Shown here: positions 51,930 through 62,640 of the stretch, in pieces
Position numbering within the stretch: the first letter of the stretch is position 1
Layout: every line of letters begins with the position of its first letter
Source: Candidatus Latescibacterota bacterium
GTDB taxonomy: Bacteria; Latescibacterota; CBDEFO01
Length of the DNA: 64,000 nucleotides
Assembly: GCA_965237525.1 (NCBI GenBank)
Contig: CBDEFO010000008.1
Span: 64,001 to 128,000 of the forward strand
Direction: 5' to 3'
Notes under the pieces: generated by a model
What the model was told of the DNA's origin: nothing
The model's input: only the letters and a program-made list of their open reading frames with translations
Databases searched by the model: none
Position numbers and translations under genes: made by a program

Positions 51930-53030
51930 TTATTTTATCTCCCCCTTGGGATCGAAGGCGTCTCTTACTCCGTCTCCCAAAAAGTTGAAGGCTGTGATGG
52001 TAATGAAGATCACCACTCCTGGGATGAGTATCCACGGGTGGCGCTGGATGTTGCTTGCGCTCATCGCTACACTGAGCATGTTGCCCCAGCTCGCCTGGGG
52101 TTCCCTTATGCCGAGGCCTAGAAGACTCAGAGCCGCTTCTCCGAGTATGTATCCAGGGATGCTTAAGGTGGCCGCCACAATAGTGTATGAGAGCGTATTA
52201 GGCAAGATGTGACGGACTACGATTCTGAGGTTGCCGGCTCCGAGGGCTTGCGCGCCCTGAACGTATTCTCTTTCCCTAATAGAAAGGACGAGTCCTCTTA
52301 TGATCCTTGCAAGTCCTGCCCAGCCTATCAATCCTAAGATCATGACGATCATAAGATAGACTTGCACAGATGAGAGCGAAAGAGGGAAGACGGCTCTCAA
52401 GGCAAGGAGGAGGTAAAACCCGGGGATCATCATTATCACTTCGACAAGTCTCATTAGTATATTGTCAGTCTGTCCTCCGAAGTACCCTGAGATCCCTCCG
52501 ACTATGGTTCCAATGGAAAATGAAACAATGACTCCTATAATGCCGATTGATAAGGATACTCTCCCCCCATAGAATATCCTTGAGAAGATGTCTCTTCCCT
52601 GAACGTCGCTGCCCATTAGGAATATTCTTTTGTCTTTTTCTTTCAGACCGAAAAGGTGCCAAGCAGTGGGGATGAGTCCCAAAATTTCGTGCTCCTCGCC
52701 CCTCACAAAGAGGTATATATATAATTCCTTTTGCGGCGTGTATATCCTTTCGTATGTCTGGGGATCGAATTCGACTTTATAGTCATAGACGAAGGGCCTG
52801 AAGCTGAAACTTCCGTCCTCTCTGAAAAAGTGAATGGACATTGGGGGATGATACGGTTTTCTTTTGTGCTGAAGATCATAAGGGTAAGGGGCGATAAAGT
52901 CGGCGAATATGGCCGAAAAGTAGAGGACAGCGAGAATAATTCCGCCTGCAGTGGCCGCTCTATGCCGCCTCAGTCTTCTGAGCGATATGGCCAGTTGAGA
53001 CGATGATTTGACTTTAGGTTCTTGGGACAT
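51930..53030 (-). CDS. Oligopeptide ABC transporter permease (OppC/DppC-like)
   Basis: [29 protein letters not shown]. Confidence 0.95.
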   Translation of the reverse strand: MSQEPKVKSSSQLAISLRRLRRHRAATAGGIILAVLYFSAIFADFIAPYPYDLQHKRKPYHPPMSIHFFREDGSFSFRPFVYDYKVEFDPQTYERIYTPQKELYIYLFVRGEEHEILGLIPTAWHLFGLKEKDKRIFLMGSDVQGRDIFSRIFYGGRVSLSIGIIGVIVSFSIGTIVGGISGYFGGQTDNILMRLVEVIMMIPGFYLLLALRAVFPLSLSSVQVYLMIVMILGLIGWAGLARIIRGLVLSIREREYVQGAQALGAGNLRIVVRHILPNTLSYTIVAATLSIPGYILGEAALSLLGLGIREPQASWGNMLSVAMSASNIQRHPWILIPGVVIFITITAFNFLGDGVRDAFDPKGEIK

Positions 53031-53150
53031 CTTCCTATGTATTAGTGTTAATCAGATGACACATGTCAGACACAACTGGAAAACTCTATTCCCCTGATCA
53101 CCAGACAACCGAGTCTTGTCTCTTTTGCTCGGAGTCTTACAGAGCTATCT

Positions 53151-53918
53151 TTACACAAGCTGTGCGAGCAGGCCTCCGTCTATAATAAAAGGTGCCCCTG
53201 TAGCAAACGAGGATTTGTCCGAGGCTAAAAAGAGGGCGGCTTCGGCTATCTCTTCAGGTCTGCCCACTCTTCCTACGGGTTCTCTTTGTGATATGTTCTC
53301 GAATTGCTCCTCCTCGTCTCCCACAGCTCTCAAATTGGTTCTCATAAGAGGCGTTTCGACGGCTCCGGGCAATATACAGTTCACCCTTATATTGTCCCTT
53401 GCATGTTCTAATGCGACCGCCCTTGTGAGTCCGATGATGCCTGATTTCGAGGCAGCGTAGGAAGTAACGTGCGTGCCTGTCGCAAAGCCGTGCACAGACG
53501 CTGTATTTATTATCGAACCGCCTTTCCGCCTGAGCATATGAGGGATGGCGTATTTAGAGGCTAAGAATATGGCTTTCAAATTGACGTTTAAGACCCTGTC
53601 CCAGTCCTCCTCTTCGTGATCTAACAGGCTCTTGAAGACTGCTGTGCCTGCGTTGTTGAAGAGCACGTCCAGACCGCCGTAACTTACTACGGCTGTGTCT
53701 ATCATATCCCTGGAGTCCTGGGACCTGGAGACATCCGACTTGAGGAATACGGCTTGGCCGCCTATTCTTGCGATGGACTCCACAGTCTCGTTACCGCCCT
53801 CTTCGTTTAAGTCAACTGCGACAACACTTGCTCCCTCCTTTGCGAATAGCTGTGCTGAGGCTCTTCCGATTCCCGAAGCTGCCCCAGTTATGATAGCTAC
53901 TTTGTCTTGAAGTCTCAT
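53151..53918 (-). CDS. Short-chain dehydrogenase/reductase
   Basis: TGAASGIG, NNAG, YAASK; start MRLQDK. Confidence 0.95.
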   Translation of the reverse strand: MRLQDKVAIITGAASGIGRASAQLFAKEGASVVAVDLNEEGGNETVESIARIGGQAVFLKSDVSRSQDSRDMIDTAVVSYGGLDVLFNNAGTAVFKSLLDHEEEDWDRVLNVNLKAIFLASKYAIPHMLRRKGGSIINTASVHGFATGTHVTSYAASKSGIIGLTRAVALEHARDNIRVNCILPGAVETPLMRTNLRAVGDEEEQFENISQREPVGRVGRPEEIAEAALFLASDKSSFATGAPFIIDGGLLAQLV

Positions 53919-54000
53919 CGGAGTTCCCCTCTTTTTATCACTCCCCCTTGATTCTTTCAGGGGCCTGCCACTATCTCCTTGCCGTCGAAACCGATCGATC

Positions 54001-54019
54001 GCCGATAGATTCATTCGGG
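54001..54019. repeat. 19-bp palindromic element, copy 9
   Basis: TC|GCCGATAGATTCATTCGGG|GA (2 mismatches). Confidence 0.85.
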
Positions 54020-54395
54020 GACCAGATGCTCCATGACCCAATCAAGTAATCTGCCACGAAGATGCCGGAATGAGATGATATCTTAATTATAATATCCGTG
54101 TCAACAGAGTAAGAGAACGCTACTTGAGAAATCCATCGGATGTGAAGTTCTATTTCGGAACTAGAAGGCCCGCTGTCCATATCGGAGCCGTATTCTCATT
54201 CTTAAAATATAGAAGAAACATGCTAATGTAAAGGGATTTTTGTTCACACCAGGCATATCCCAGATATATTCAATCGGAGAGAGCAACACAAGACGCTTGA
54301 TTTTAGGATATTAAGAAGTATATTAGGTATAGCCTCGAAAGACGAATCGGGGATCACGGTGACAGTCTCACTTATTAACGGCACTTTCAATTATA

Positions 54396-55931
54396 ATGCA
54401 CAGACCCACTGCAGACATATCCGAAAAGGGCGTATCCCTTACCTTTCTGGCTACCACGTTGATGATTATCGCTGTCTGCGGGATAACTTACGAACTTATC
54501 ATCGGTACTGCTTCATCCTATCTTCTGGGCAACAGCGTCCTGCAGTTTTCCATAACTATCGGCCTTTTTATGACATCTTTTGGGATCGGCTCTTTTTTAT
54601 CCACAAAGATCAGGACGAAGCTTTTGGAAAAGTTTGTCTCTATTGAGATCGCTATCGGAGCAATTGGGGGAATATCCGTCATCGCCCTGTTTTCCACTTA
54701 CGCTTACACCAGCGTCTATAGACCAGTCATGTACCTGTTCATCCTCTCTATCGGCACCATGATTGGACTTGAGATTCCGCTCCTCATAAGGCTAGCAGAC
54801 GAGTATAACTCTAACCTGAGGGTAACGTTGGGAAATATGCTCGGATTTGACTACATCGGCGCCTTGTTGGGTTCGGTCGCTTTTCCCCTTATTCTGCTTC
54901 CCCATTTAGGACTCATTAAGACGTCAATCCTAATCGGCATCGCCAACGTGGGGGTCGCTCTTGCCTGTGCGTTCAAATACAAAAGGCAGATGTCAAAGGT
55001 GCGCCTTTTAAGCCTCTTGTGCGTGTTGTCCACTATTCTGCTTACAGCCGCTTACCTCTGGTCAGAGCCAGTAGAGAACTACATAGAACAGCGGCTCTAT
55101 AGATACCCTATTATCTTAAGGAAGCAGAGTCCGTATCAAAGGATCGTTTTGACGAAGGCCAAAAAGGACGTGCGGCTCTTTCTGGACGGAAATATACAGT
55201 TCTCCTCCACAGACGAATATCGGTATCACGAAGCTTTAGTCCATCCGGGAATGTCTCTTTCTCTATCCAGAAAGAACATTCTCATACTCGGCGGCGGAGA
55301 CGGTCTGGCGCTAAGGGAGATCCTAAAATATCCAGATGTGGAGAGCGTGACGCTCGTGGACATAGACAAGGACGTAGTGGAAATCTGCCGGACGCATCGG
55401 CTGATTTCGGACCTAAATGAGGGAGTCCTGGAAGATCGTAGAGTCCGCATAGTCCAGCAGGATGCATATCAGTTCTTGAGGACTACTCCAGACCTCTATG
55501 GCTTCATCGCCGTAGACCTACCTGACCCGAACAACGAGTCTGTCAACAAGCTTTACAGCAGGCACTTTTACTTCATGCTCAGAGAGCACATAGAAGAAGG
55601 AGGCTTCGCCTCGCTCCAGAGCACGTCCCCTTTCTTTGCAAGAGAGGCCTTCTGGTGTATAAACAAGACGATAGAATCTTGTGGATTGATCGTTCGCCCT
55701 TACCACTTGAACGTGCCGTCTTTCGGAGACTGGGGATTCAACCTTGCCTCCAGGACGGACTTTAATATAGACGATATACGAATCACTGTACCTACCAAAT
55801 TTCTGAATACGGAAACGGTCTTTTCCATGTTCGGATTCGGCAAGGATATAGACTCCGTGGAGACAGAGCTTAACACTCTCATCAAGCCTGCGCTTTTGTC
55901 GTATTACGAGAAGGCATGGAGACACTGGTAG
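54396..55931 (+). CDS. speE: Membrane-domain-fused polyamine aminopropyltransferase (spermidine synthase)
   Basis: N-terminal TM domain, QSPYQRI, DEYRYHEALVH, LGGGDG, DLPDP, PSFGDWGF. Confidence 0.92.
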   Translation: MHRPTADISEKGVSLTFLATTLMIIAVCGITYELIIGTASSYLLGNSVLQFSITIGLFMTSFGIGSFLSTKIRTKLLEKFVSIEIAIGAIGGISVIALFSTYAYTSVYRPVMYLFILSIGTMIGLEIPLLIRLADEYNSNLRVTLGNMLGFDYIGALLGSVAFPLILLPHLGLIKTSILIGIANVGVALACAFKYKRQMSKVRLLSLLCVLSTILLTAAYLWSEPVENYIEQRLYRYPIILRKQSPYQRIVLTKAKKDVRLFLDGNIQFSSTDEYRYHEALVHPGMSLSLSRKNILILGGGDGLALREILKYPDVESVTLVDIDKDVVEICRTHRLISDLNEGVLEDRRVRIVQQDAYQFLRTTPDLYGFIAVDLPDPNNESVNKLYSRHFYFMLREHIEEGGFASLQSTSPFFAREAFWCINKTIESCGLIVRPYHLNVPSFGDWGFNLASRTDFNIDDIRITVPTKFLNTETVFSMFGFGKDIDSVETELNTLIKPALLSYYEKAWRHW

Positions 55932-55996
55932 CTCACCCTCTTACCTATTCTTTCTTCACGGTCAGCACTGTCAATGCGGCGACGCCAAGCAACCCT

Positions 55997-56015
55997 CCCG
56001 ATAGAATCAATCGGG
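55997..56015. repeat. 19-bp palindromic element, copy 10
   Basis: CT|CCCGATAGAATCAATCGGG|GC (perfect core, non-canonical flanks). Confidence 0.92.
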
Positions 56016-56064
56016 GCTTTCTGTCACCGAAGAAACCATATATGTGACCGCTTCGGTACGAACC

Positions 56065-56083
56065 CCCGATAGAATCATTCGGG
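56065..56083. repeat. 19-bp palindromic element, copy 11
   Basis: CC|CCCGATAGAATCATTCGGG|GG (1 mismatch). Confidence 0.9.
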
Positions 56084-56243
56084 GGCAGGCCCCCATGGAA
56101 TGATTAAGACAGATTATGTGAGAAAGTTTCTCAGACACCTGGAAAACGCTTCGCACATCTGGCTCAGTGCAGGGAGTGAAGGCTCTGCGACCAGCTATGC
56201 CAAAACTTTTTCACAGAACGTTAAGGGAATATTCAAGAAGTTT

Positions 56244-58980
56244 CTATAGCGACTCACCCCGGCTGATTACTGTCACAAAGGCTCGCGGATTGATGTCCCC
56301 TCGAACGTCACAGGTGAACCTCACCAGGTTCTCTCCGGCTTCGACGACAGGCGCGACCCCTTCTGGAACTACCTCACGGATCAGTTCACCCTGGGGACCG
56401 TAAAGCTTGCAGTCTGGAATCGAATGGAACTCCAGGTAGCATCCGCTCTCAATATCTGTGGGGAAGAGAATCCTTCTGTCGCCCACAGTGACTGCGGGAT
56501 TGCTGAGTGTGGCATTGACCAGCGGCAGGGCCTTGATGGGACTTAGGTAGCAAGTTGCCGCATCGTTCGGAGGCAGGTTGTTATACCACAGGCAAAGGGC
56601 TGCCACCTGGTCGTATTGCACGCGTTCGCGGTAGATAGCATAGGCGTCGCCATATGGCCACGCGTAATCGGCGTAGCGGCCTCCCTCGGTCTCGATCAGC
56701 TCAAAATAGCGCCACCCTGTGAAGTCGACGATAACGTAGTGCTCGCCGATGCCCGCAACTACATGTTCGGGGCTTCTTATCTGGAAGTTCAGGACTTCTC
56801 CTTTGCCGTCGCCATACACCCAGACTCCGAGGCCCTCAAGCTCGCTGAGGTCAATCGGGGGCGAGAACCTCTTGCCGACCTTCGTCCACGCGCCCTTCCG
56901 GCTTGACCGACTGCTCGACGCCGTCAGGAAACCGCTGCTCGTTCCGGCTTGCACAATGTCCTTCGACATCCGCAGGTCTACCTGAATATCAGACTCGGCT
57001 TCCCGATCGTCGAAATCCGCGACATCCTCGAAATCGGCCAGCGTCACATTTCCCGCTGCATCGTAGGGGCCGGCGGCCATCAACGCTTCGATGCGCAGAC
57101 CAACGGGCTGACGTTCGAATCTATTATAGGTCTTCCAAGCGTTGCTCCACATGTCCATACACTCCACTTTGTGCTTGGCGTACTGAACGCGCTGGAACTG
57201 GTATTCTCCGCGTGGACTCCGGATCAGCGTAAACTCCTCACCCCGTGCCCTCAGTTTGGCCTTAACTGATTCTGGAAAATAGTTCGAGAGGCGCAGTGTT
57301 TCATAATCTTTTATGATGTTGGCCAGCCTGGATAACGCCGGAATCTCATGGGCATTGTCGGGATCTATGCCCATCAAAGATAAGCTGGCGTCAGTCCCGA
57401 GACACTTGCAGCACAAATACTCGATGTCATCCGGGAATGTCGGCTCGCCCTGAGCCCCGGACCAGGTCTTAACGGCCCACCACCCCAGGTTCACCGGCAG
57501 GTACATACGCTGGTAGCTCTCGTTCGTCTTGCAGTGGATATCTATAAACTTCTTGTGACTGCGCCTCGGATGATCCCAGGCCCCCATGCGGGAGCGGACG
57601 AACCAGAGGTGATGGTGGAACGTGCTCATCTCCACAAGCGCCGGCTTCTTCAGTCGCTTCCACAGCTCAAAGACGAACTTCGAACCGTAGTGCCAGCCGT
57701 TTTCCTCGCCTCCCAAGACGTCCTCGCCGTCCAGAGCATCCAGGTATAACATGTCGAAGCCGCATTCGTTGAAGGCTTCCGCAGTCTTGGCCGCCACTTC
57801 CGCAAGGAGCGTGGAATCAGCATCGGACACGAACAGCCCGTAGCACTCCTTGAGATGGTGTACCTCATCCCTTTGACGTGGGGTTCGACGCGAGTCCGTA
57901 GGCGCCTCTTTGGCAGCCGGTGAAAGCGTACGGCGGATCCCTGGTGACACCGGTATACGTAATGAGCTCGTTATCGACCTGCAGCGTTACGCTGTTGCGC
58001 ACGACAAAGCCCGTGATTGTGGACGTATCCACTGTTGACTCGACTACAGGCACCGCGACATCCTTTGGCGTCAACGGCTCGGCCAGAGTGAATGTCGCAT
58101 CCATCCCCAGACGCGGGTCAGGAACAGGGGTCACCCATGGGCAACTCTTGTCGATCAAGAATGAATAGGTGTGCAGGCCCGCTGCGATGTCCGCGGCGTG
58201 GAGCCTGTCAATCACGGCCTTCAGGCTGACCAACCCTTGCGGGTACATCTCTGGATCGGGCAGGCAGTCTCCAAATCGGAAGGAGCGTCCTCCGTGGAAA
58301 TCAAGCTGTTTGAACCCCAGGCTCTGGACCAAGCCGATCCAGTCGTCTACTGTCTCCTCGGTAACGTCGCCAAGATTGAAAAGATACGAGCCTTTGTTTA
58401 TAGGAGCATCTAACGCCCACGGCCCGCCGATGGCCGAGTGAGGCAGCTCTTCAGCGGCACTTACCGCCTCCTGCAACACCCTGCGAAGTTCGCTCTGCGG
58501 ACAACCGATCAGGGCCACCTTGGCACCGGGAAATGCGAATCTTGGATAGCACGCTGCTCGGAGATGGCTGTTCGGTCCCGGCAATTCAGGGACTTTCGTC
58601 TGGATATTCAGGGCAAGTGCACAGGCGGCGAAGGATTCTTCCGACACTCCTCCAAGCGTGAGTCGGATGTCGGCGAACACCAGCTCCTCCACATGCTCGT
58701 CTCCCACGGACACAACTTCCAGGATGAAGTAGCGGTCATGGGCGACAACTCTTATGACACCGGTCACCCCTGATTCTCCAAACTGCACTTCTATTTGCCC
58801 ATCGGTGTAGGAGACCGATGAAGCATCGTAGTACCCGCCTGTTTTCTTCACGCGGGCAAACGAGGATCTGGGGTTCTGGACGCAATAGTCTATCCCCGTT
58901 GACTTGTCCACAAAATGGAGATTCCTGCCATCGCTCTGAATGACGTACTTGGCGTAACTATTTTCAATGTCAATGGTCAT
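56244..58980 (-). pseudogene. Large hypothetical (possibly glycoside-hydrolase-like) protein gene split by frameshifts near 57870-57895
   Basis: ORFs 57865..58980 and 56244..57950 join as CQRGAYGTRVEPHVKGDEVHHLKEC if two G residues are restored. Barrel-like motifs AAGLHTY and FDMLYLDALDG. Confidence 0.7.
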
Positions 58981-59081
58981 TGGGGCCTCCTATGCAGATG
59001 AGTTCAACATGCTTTCTAATGAACAGTGTTCTATGATCAACTGTGCGGCGGGAATAAGAAGTGAAAAAGAGGCCTGCCCTC

Positions 59082-59100
59082 CCCGATAGAAGCAAACGGG
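59082..59100. repeat. 19-bp palindromic element, copy 12
   Basis: TC|CCCGATAGAAGCAAACGGG|GA (2 mismatches). Confidence 0.8.
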
Positions 59101-59243
59101 GATCATTCTTTCGGGGGTCTGTAGGATGGGTCAAGGGAATAATCGGCTCGCCGAAGCTATATCCAGCGCGCACGATCAGAGGGCTGTCAAAACCTGTGTC
59201 AGTCGTAGTCAGCCAAGGAATCGGTTGCCTTTCAAAATCAATC

Positions 59244-59262
59244 CTCGATAGATTCAATCGGA
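59244..59262. repeat. 19-bp palindromic element, copy 13
   Basis: TC|CTCGATAGATTCAATCGGA|GA (2 mismatches). Confidence 0.82.
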
Positions 59263-59621
59263 GATCAATGTCCATATCCGCGTCTGCAGCAGGAGGTGCC
59301 AGCCGCATAACTGCATCCGCGCCAGCTTCCCAAGCGGCCTGGAACGCAGCACACTTTGAGGCGTGGAGATACGCCAACAGCCAAAGACAAAGGGCGCTCT
59401 GCCGTTAGTAGCTTCGACCACAGGTTCCAGATTCCTGATGCGCGCTGATACTCCTAAAGAATAGAGTTCACCTGTAGGTAACATTTGTGTCCACATAACG
59501 ATGATAGTGCCAGATAATATGGCAACAGATCTCTCCCTGCAACGCCTTACGGCGCGGCCCGGCCACTTTCTTCGCACTTCGTCCCTCTGTTAGAAACGCT
59601 GCGGCAACGCGCACAGTGCCC

Positions 59622-60425
59622 TCACCAGGCAGTCCACCCTCCATCGACCAAAAGATTCTGGCCCGTGATATAGCTTCCGGCATCACTGGCCATCAACAGT
59701 AGAGCGCCTTTCAGTTCCTCCGGTTGTCCGATACGTCCCAGTGGCACCTTCTCTTCCAGCCGAGGGACGAAACCAGGGAACTTTGCACACGTTTCCGGCT
59801 TTGGAAACGGACCTGGGCTGATGGCGTTGACACGGATATTATACTTTGCCCAGTAAGCCGCCAGATGACGGGTCAAATGGATCAGACCGCCCTTGAGGGC
59901 ATGGTAACTGGCTGGACTGTTGACTGATAATCCTTCATAGGCGGTGGGATAACTTGCCACGACGCCGTACATACTTGCGATATTGATAATTGAACCTGAG
60001 GCCTGCCGTTTTCGCAGATGGAACATCACTTCTCGCGCCAGCAGGAAATAGGCGGTGACACCTATATGATACGTCTGATCAAAATCCTCAGCTGTGGCGG
60101 TATCAATGTCCGGTGCTCTGCCACCGTAGGCGTTGTTGACCAGCACATCGAGCTGGCCCATTCGTTGCACCACCTCGCCTGCGAAATCAGGGATAGTATC
60201 GGTATCGCCTTGACTGAAACCCAAGCCGAGGTGGCCGCTGCCGGGTAGGGTGGCTGCAAACTGAACCGCCTGTTCCGCGTCGCGGCTGCTGACCACTACC
60301 CGGGCGCCAGCCTCGGCCAGGGCTCGGCTCATGGCCGACCCCAGCCATCCACATGCCCCTGTCACTATGGCAACTTTGCCTTGCAAGCTAAAGAGATCCA
60401 GGATATTGCGTTCAGTGCTGTTCAT
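59622..60425 (-). CDS. Short-chain dehydrogenase/reductase
   Basis: TGACGWLG, NNAY, YHALK, VDGGWTAW; GGAGG RBS before MNSTE. Confidence 0.93.
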   Translation of the reverse strand: MNSTERNILDLFSLQGKVAIVTGACGWLGSAMSRALAEAGARVVVSSRDAEQAVQFAATLPGSGHLGLGFSQGDTDTIPDFAGEVVQRMGQLDVLVNNAYGGRAPDIDTATAEDFDQTYHIGVTAYFLLAREVMFHLRKRQASGSIINIASMYGVVASYPTAYEGLSVNSPASYHALKGGLIHLTRHLAAYWAKYNIRVNAISPGPFPKPETCAKFPGFVPRLEEKVPLGRIGQPEELKGALLLMASDAGSYITGQNLLVDGGWTAW

Positions 60426-60502
60426 GATACTCCTCCATCCGTTGGAGAGTGTTCTGCGGCATCTTTCCCCTGATTTAATCGGGGCGAAGGATGTCCTCAA
60501 TT

Positions 60503-60521
60503 CCCGATAGATTCAGTCGGG
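60503..60521. repeat. 19-bp palindromic element, copy 14
   Basis: TT|CCCGATAGATTCAGTCGGG|GA (1 mismatch). Confidence 0.88.
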
Positions 60522-60581
60522 GACAAGGACCACGCCGTTCATCCCTGTAGTATGCCTACTGTTTGCTCTCCACTTATTTAG

Positions 60582-61919
60582 CTATCGGACAAGCCGGCGA
60601 AACGGTTCCTTCTTGGTATCACCAGCTAACAGACCCTCAACATCCCCAGTTTCCAGTCCGGACTTGATCACAGTTAAGGCTTCGGTCGCCGCCTCAGCCG
60701 TCAGGCGGATATCTTCTTCAGTGTGGGCCAGGGTCGGCTTGAACCCCATAGAGAGGTGAACGCCCCTCTTGGCCATTTCCTGGATGAATAGCGTTGAAAC
60801 CTTGGGGTGCAGAGCTTTGTCAGGAAGATCCAGAGTGATGGCCAGGTCCGTGTGGAAGCCCGTACAGGCTCCGGAGAGGCCGGCGTCGGCGATAGCCTGG
60901 TTTATGCTCGCGCGCAATTTCTCGCCGATTTCTAAGAAGCGAGCCTCAGAGTCGCGCCGCTTCAGTTCTCGAATGGTGGTAAGGGCGGCAATTAGGCCGA
61001 TGTTGTCGCTCCAATAGGAGCTTGAGACAAACATGCGCTTGGCCGGCTCCATCACCGCCCGTGAGCCAACCACAGCGCCCATCGCGTAGCCGTTAGACAT
61101 GGCCTTGGCGACAACCGTCATATCCGGGATAACACCAACGTAAGCTTGCACACCTCCGATCGAGAGCCGCCAGCCACAGGAGACCTCGTCAAAAATCAGA
61201 ATCACGTCATGCGCTCTGGCAAGTTCTTTGACCCCTTCCAGATACCCCGGCTCCGGCAGCTCGGAGCGGGCCGGTTCCATCATAATCGAAGCTACTTCAC
61301 CGCGATGCTCTTCCAACAGATGCTCCAGCATAGCCAGGTCCCCATAGCTAAAGGGAATGGCGGTGCCGGCCAGCACCTTCGGCACACCGATTGGCTCAAT
61401 CCCCGCAAATGGAAATTCGCCGGTTTCGGGATCTACCAAGTAGTTTGCCGCTTGATACCAGTCGTGCCACCCGTGGTAGCCGCAGAATAAGATCTTGTCT
61501 CTGCCCGTTGTCCCCCGGGCAATGCGAGCAGCCACTGCACAGGCTTCGCCACCTCCTTTGGTGTACCGGACCATCTCGGTACTGGGGATGGTATCGATCA
61601 GTTCCTCGGCCAGTTCAATCTCCAGGGGACTATTTAAGGTGTAAATACTACCGCAGGCTATCTGCTCCTTGACTGCCTGATCTACCACATCATCGGCGTG
61701 GCCAAGGATGATCGCTCCGACTGCGTTGACCCAATCGATGTATTCATTTCCATCTACATCGATAAAACGGGAACCTTTGGCCTGTTTAGCATAGATGGGG
61801 CTGATGCCGTCAGCAAACCGACTGGCCCTGCGGCTGATAAGTTGAGTCCAGCCGGGGATAAGTTCGCCTGCACGTTTGTAGATTTCCAGGGAACGGGTAA
61901 CGCTGGGGTACTCGGACAT
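60582..61919 (-). CDS. Class III aminotransferase (glutamate-1-semialdehyde aminomutase-like)
   Basis: DVDGNEYID, GYHGWHD, IFDEV, AKAMSNG. Confidence 0.92.
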   Translation of the reverse strand: MSEYPSVTRSLEIYKRAGELIPGWTQLISRRASRFADGISPIYAKQAKGSRFIDVDGNEYIDWVNAVGAIILGHADDVVDQAVKEQIACGSIYTLNSPLEIELAEELIDTIPSTEMVRYTKGGGEACAVAARIARGTTGRDKILFCGYHGWHDWYQAANYLVDPETGEFPFAGIEPIGVPKVLAGTAIPFSYGDLAMLEHLLEEHRGEVASIMMEPARSELPEPGYLEGVKELARAHDVILIFDEVSCGWRLSIGGVQAYVGVIPDMTVVAKAMSNGYAMGAVVGSRAVMEPAKRMFVSSSYWSDNIGLIAALTTIRELKRRDSEARFLEIGEKLRASINQAIADAGLSGACTGFHTDLAITLDLPDKALHPKVSTLFIQEMAKRGVHLSMGFKPTLAHTEEDIRLTAEAATEALTVIKSGLETGDVEGLLAGDTKKEPFRRLVR

Positions 61920-62068
61920 GAATTACTCCTCCTAATTCTTCTGTTTGTGCCACAATCTGGGCAAAACATTCCACTATTTAGTTCTCTTCCCACGGCCCAA
62001 ATTTGACCAAAAAGATAGTTGATATGTGGATGAAGTCTCGGATATTATTTGGTGATAGTCTCAACGAT

Positions 62069-62468
62069 CTACAGATTCAGCGGTGAGGTGCAGATCAGTA
62101 TCTCCATTGTCTCGTCACCTGTGTTTTCCACCCCATGTTCACACCAGGGTGGTAGGTGTATGAACATACCCTCCCGGACCTCTACTCTCTTGCCCGCCAG
62201 AGTCACTGTACCACGCCCGTACAGAATGACGTAGCGCTCCTCTTTGTGGTGGCTGTCAAATTCCAGCACAGCGCGGGGGCACGTAGAACATCGCCAGTCA
62301 CATATAATGCGTCGGCGCCTCGGCGTTGACAGGAAGGAGAACCCGCACTCCAATACCATCACAGCCGGGATACTTTACCGGCACACCGTCCTGCACGGTG
62401 ACAATAATGGGCTGCACCGGCTCGTCGGGCCTCGGAATACCAGGTTCGCCCTCGTATCCCTTAAACAT
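62069..62468 (-). pseudogene. Cupin-domain protein pseudogene
   Basis: MFKGYEGEPG...THYM*LAMFYVPP with TGA at 62298-62300, then a frameshift into SHHKEERYVIL...LPPWCEHGVENTG. Confidence 0.75.
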
Positions 62469-62640
62469 GGTTATTTTTGCAACCTTTCACTTCCTTGCTC
62501 CGAACGTTGTCACCAACAGCGCCTGTATCCGGTCGACCAATCGCGTTCACGACCAGGACAGCACGGTTGATATATCTGGTTGGGGCGCACTGCGTTGACG
62601 AGAATGCTCGGAGGTCCTAATTCCATCGCTATCCAAACTA

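Noticed and set aside
54334..54351. CTCGAAAGACGAATCGGG as another copy of the element
   Set aside because: 18 bp with several mismatches and GC^GA flanks; too degenerate to count.
60468..60483. CCCTGATTTAATCGGG as another copy
   Set aside because: Only 16 bp with a different loop; possibly related but not supportable.
12878..60521. 19-bp palindrome as a transcription-factor operator, terminator or CRISPR repeat
   Set aside because: Copies break coding frames, sit inside a transposase and nest in each other. There is no consistent T tract, no regular spacing and no cas gene.
60582..61919. Calling this gene hemL
   Set aside because: Same fold, but the YHGWHD motif and SDR/cupin context suggest a different class III aminotransferase.
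62298..62300. In-frame TGA in the cupin gene as selenocysteine
   Set aside because: A frameshift follows within about 10 codons and no SECIS-like hairpin was recognised; a simple nonsense mutation is more likely.
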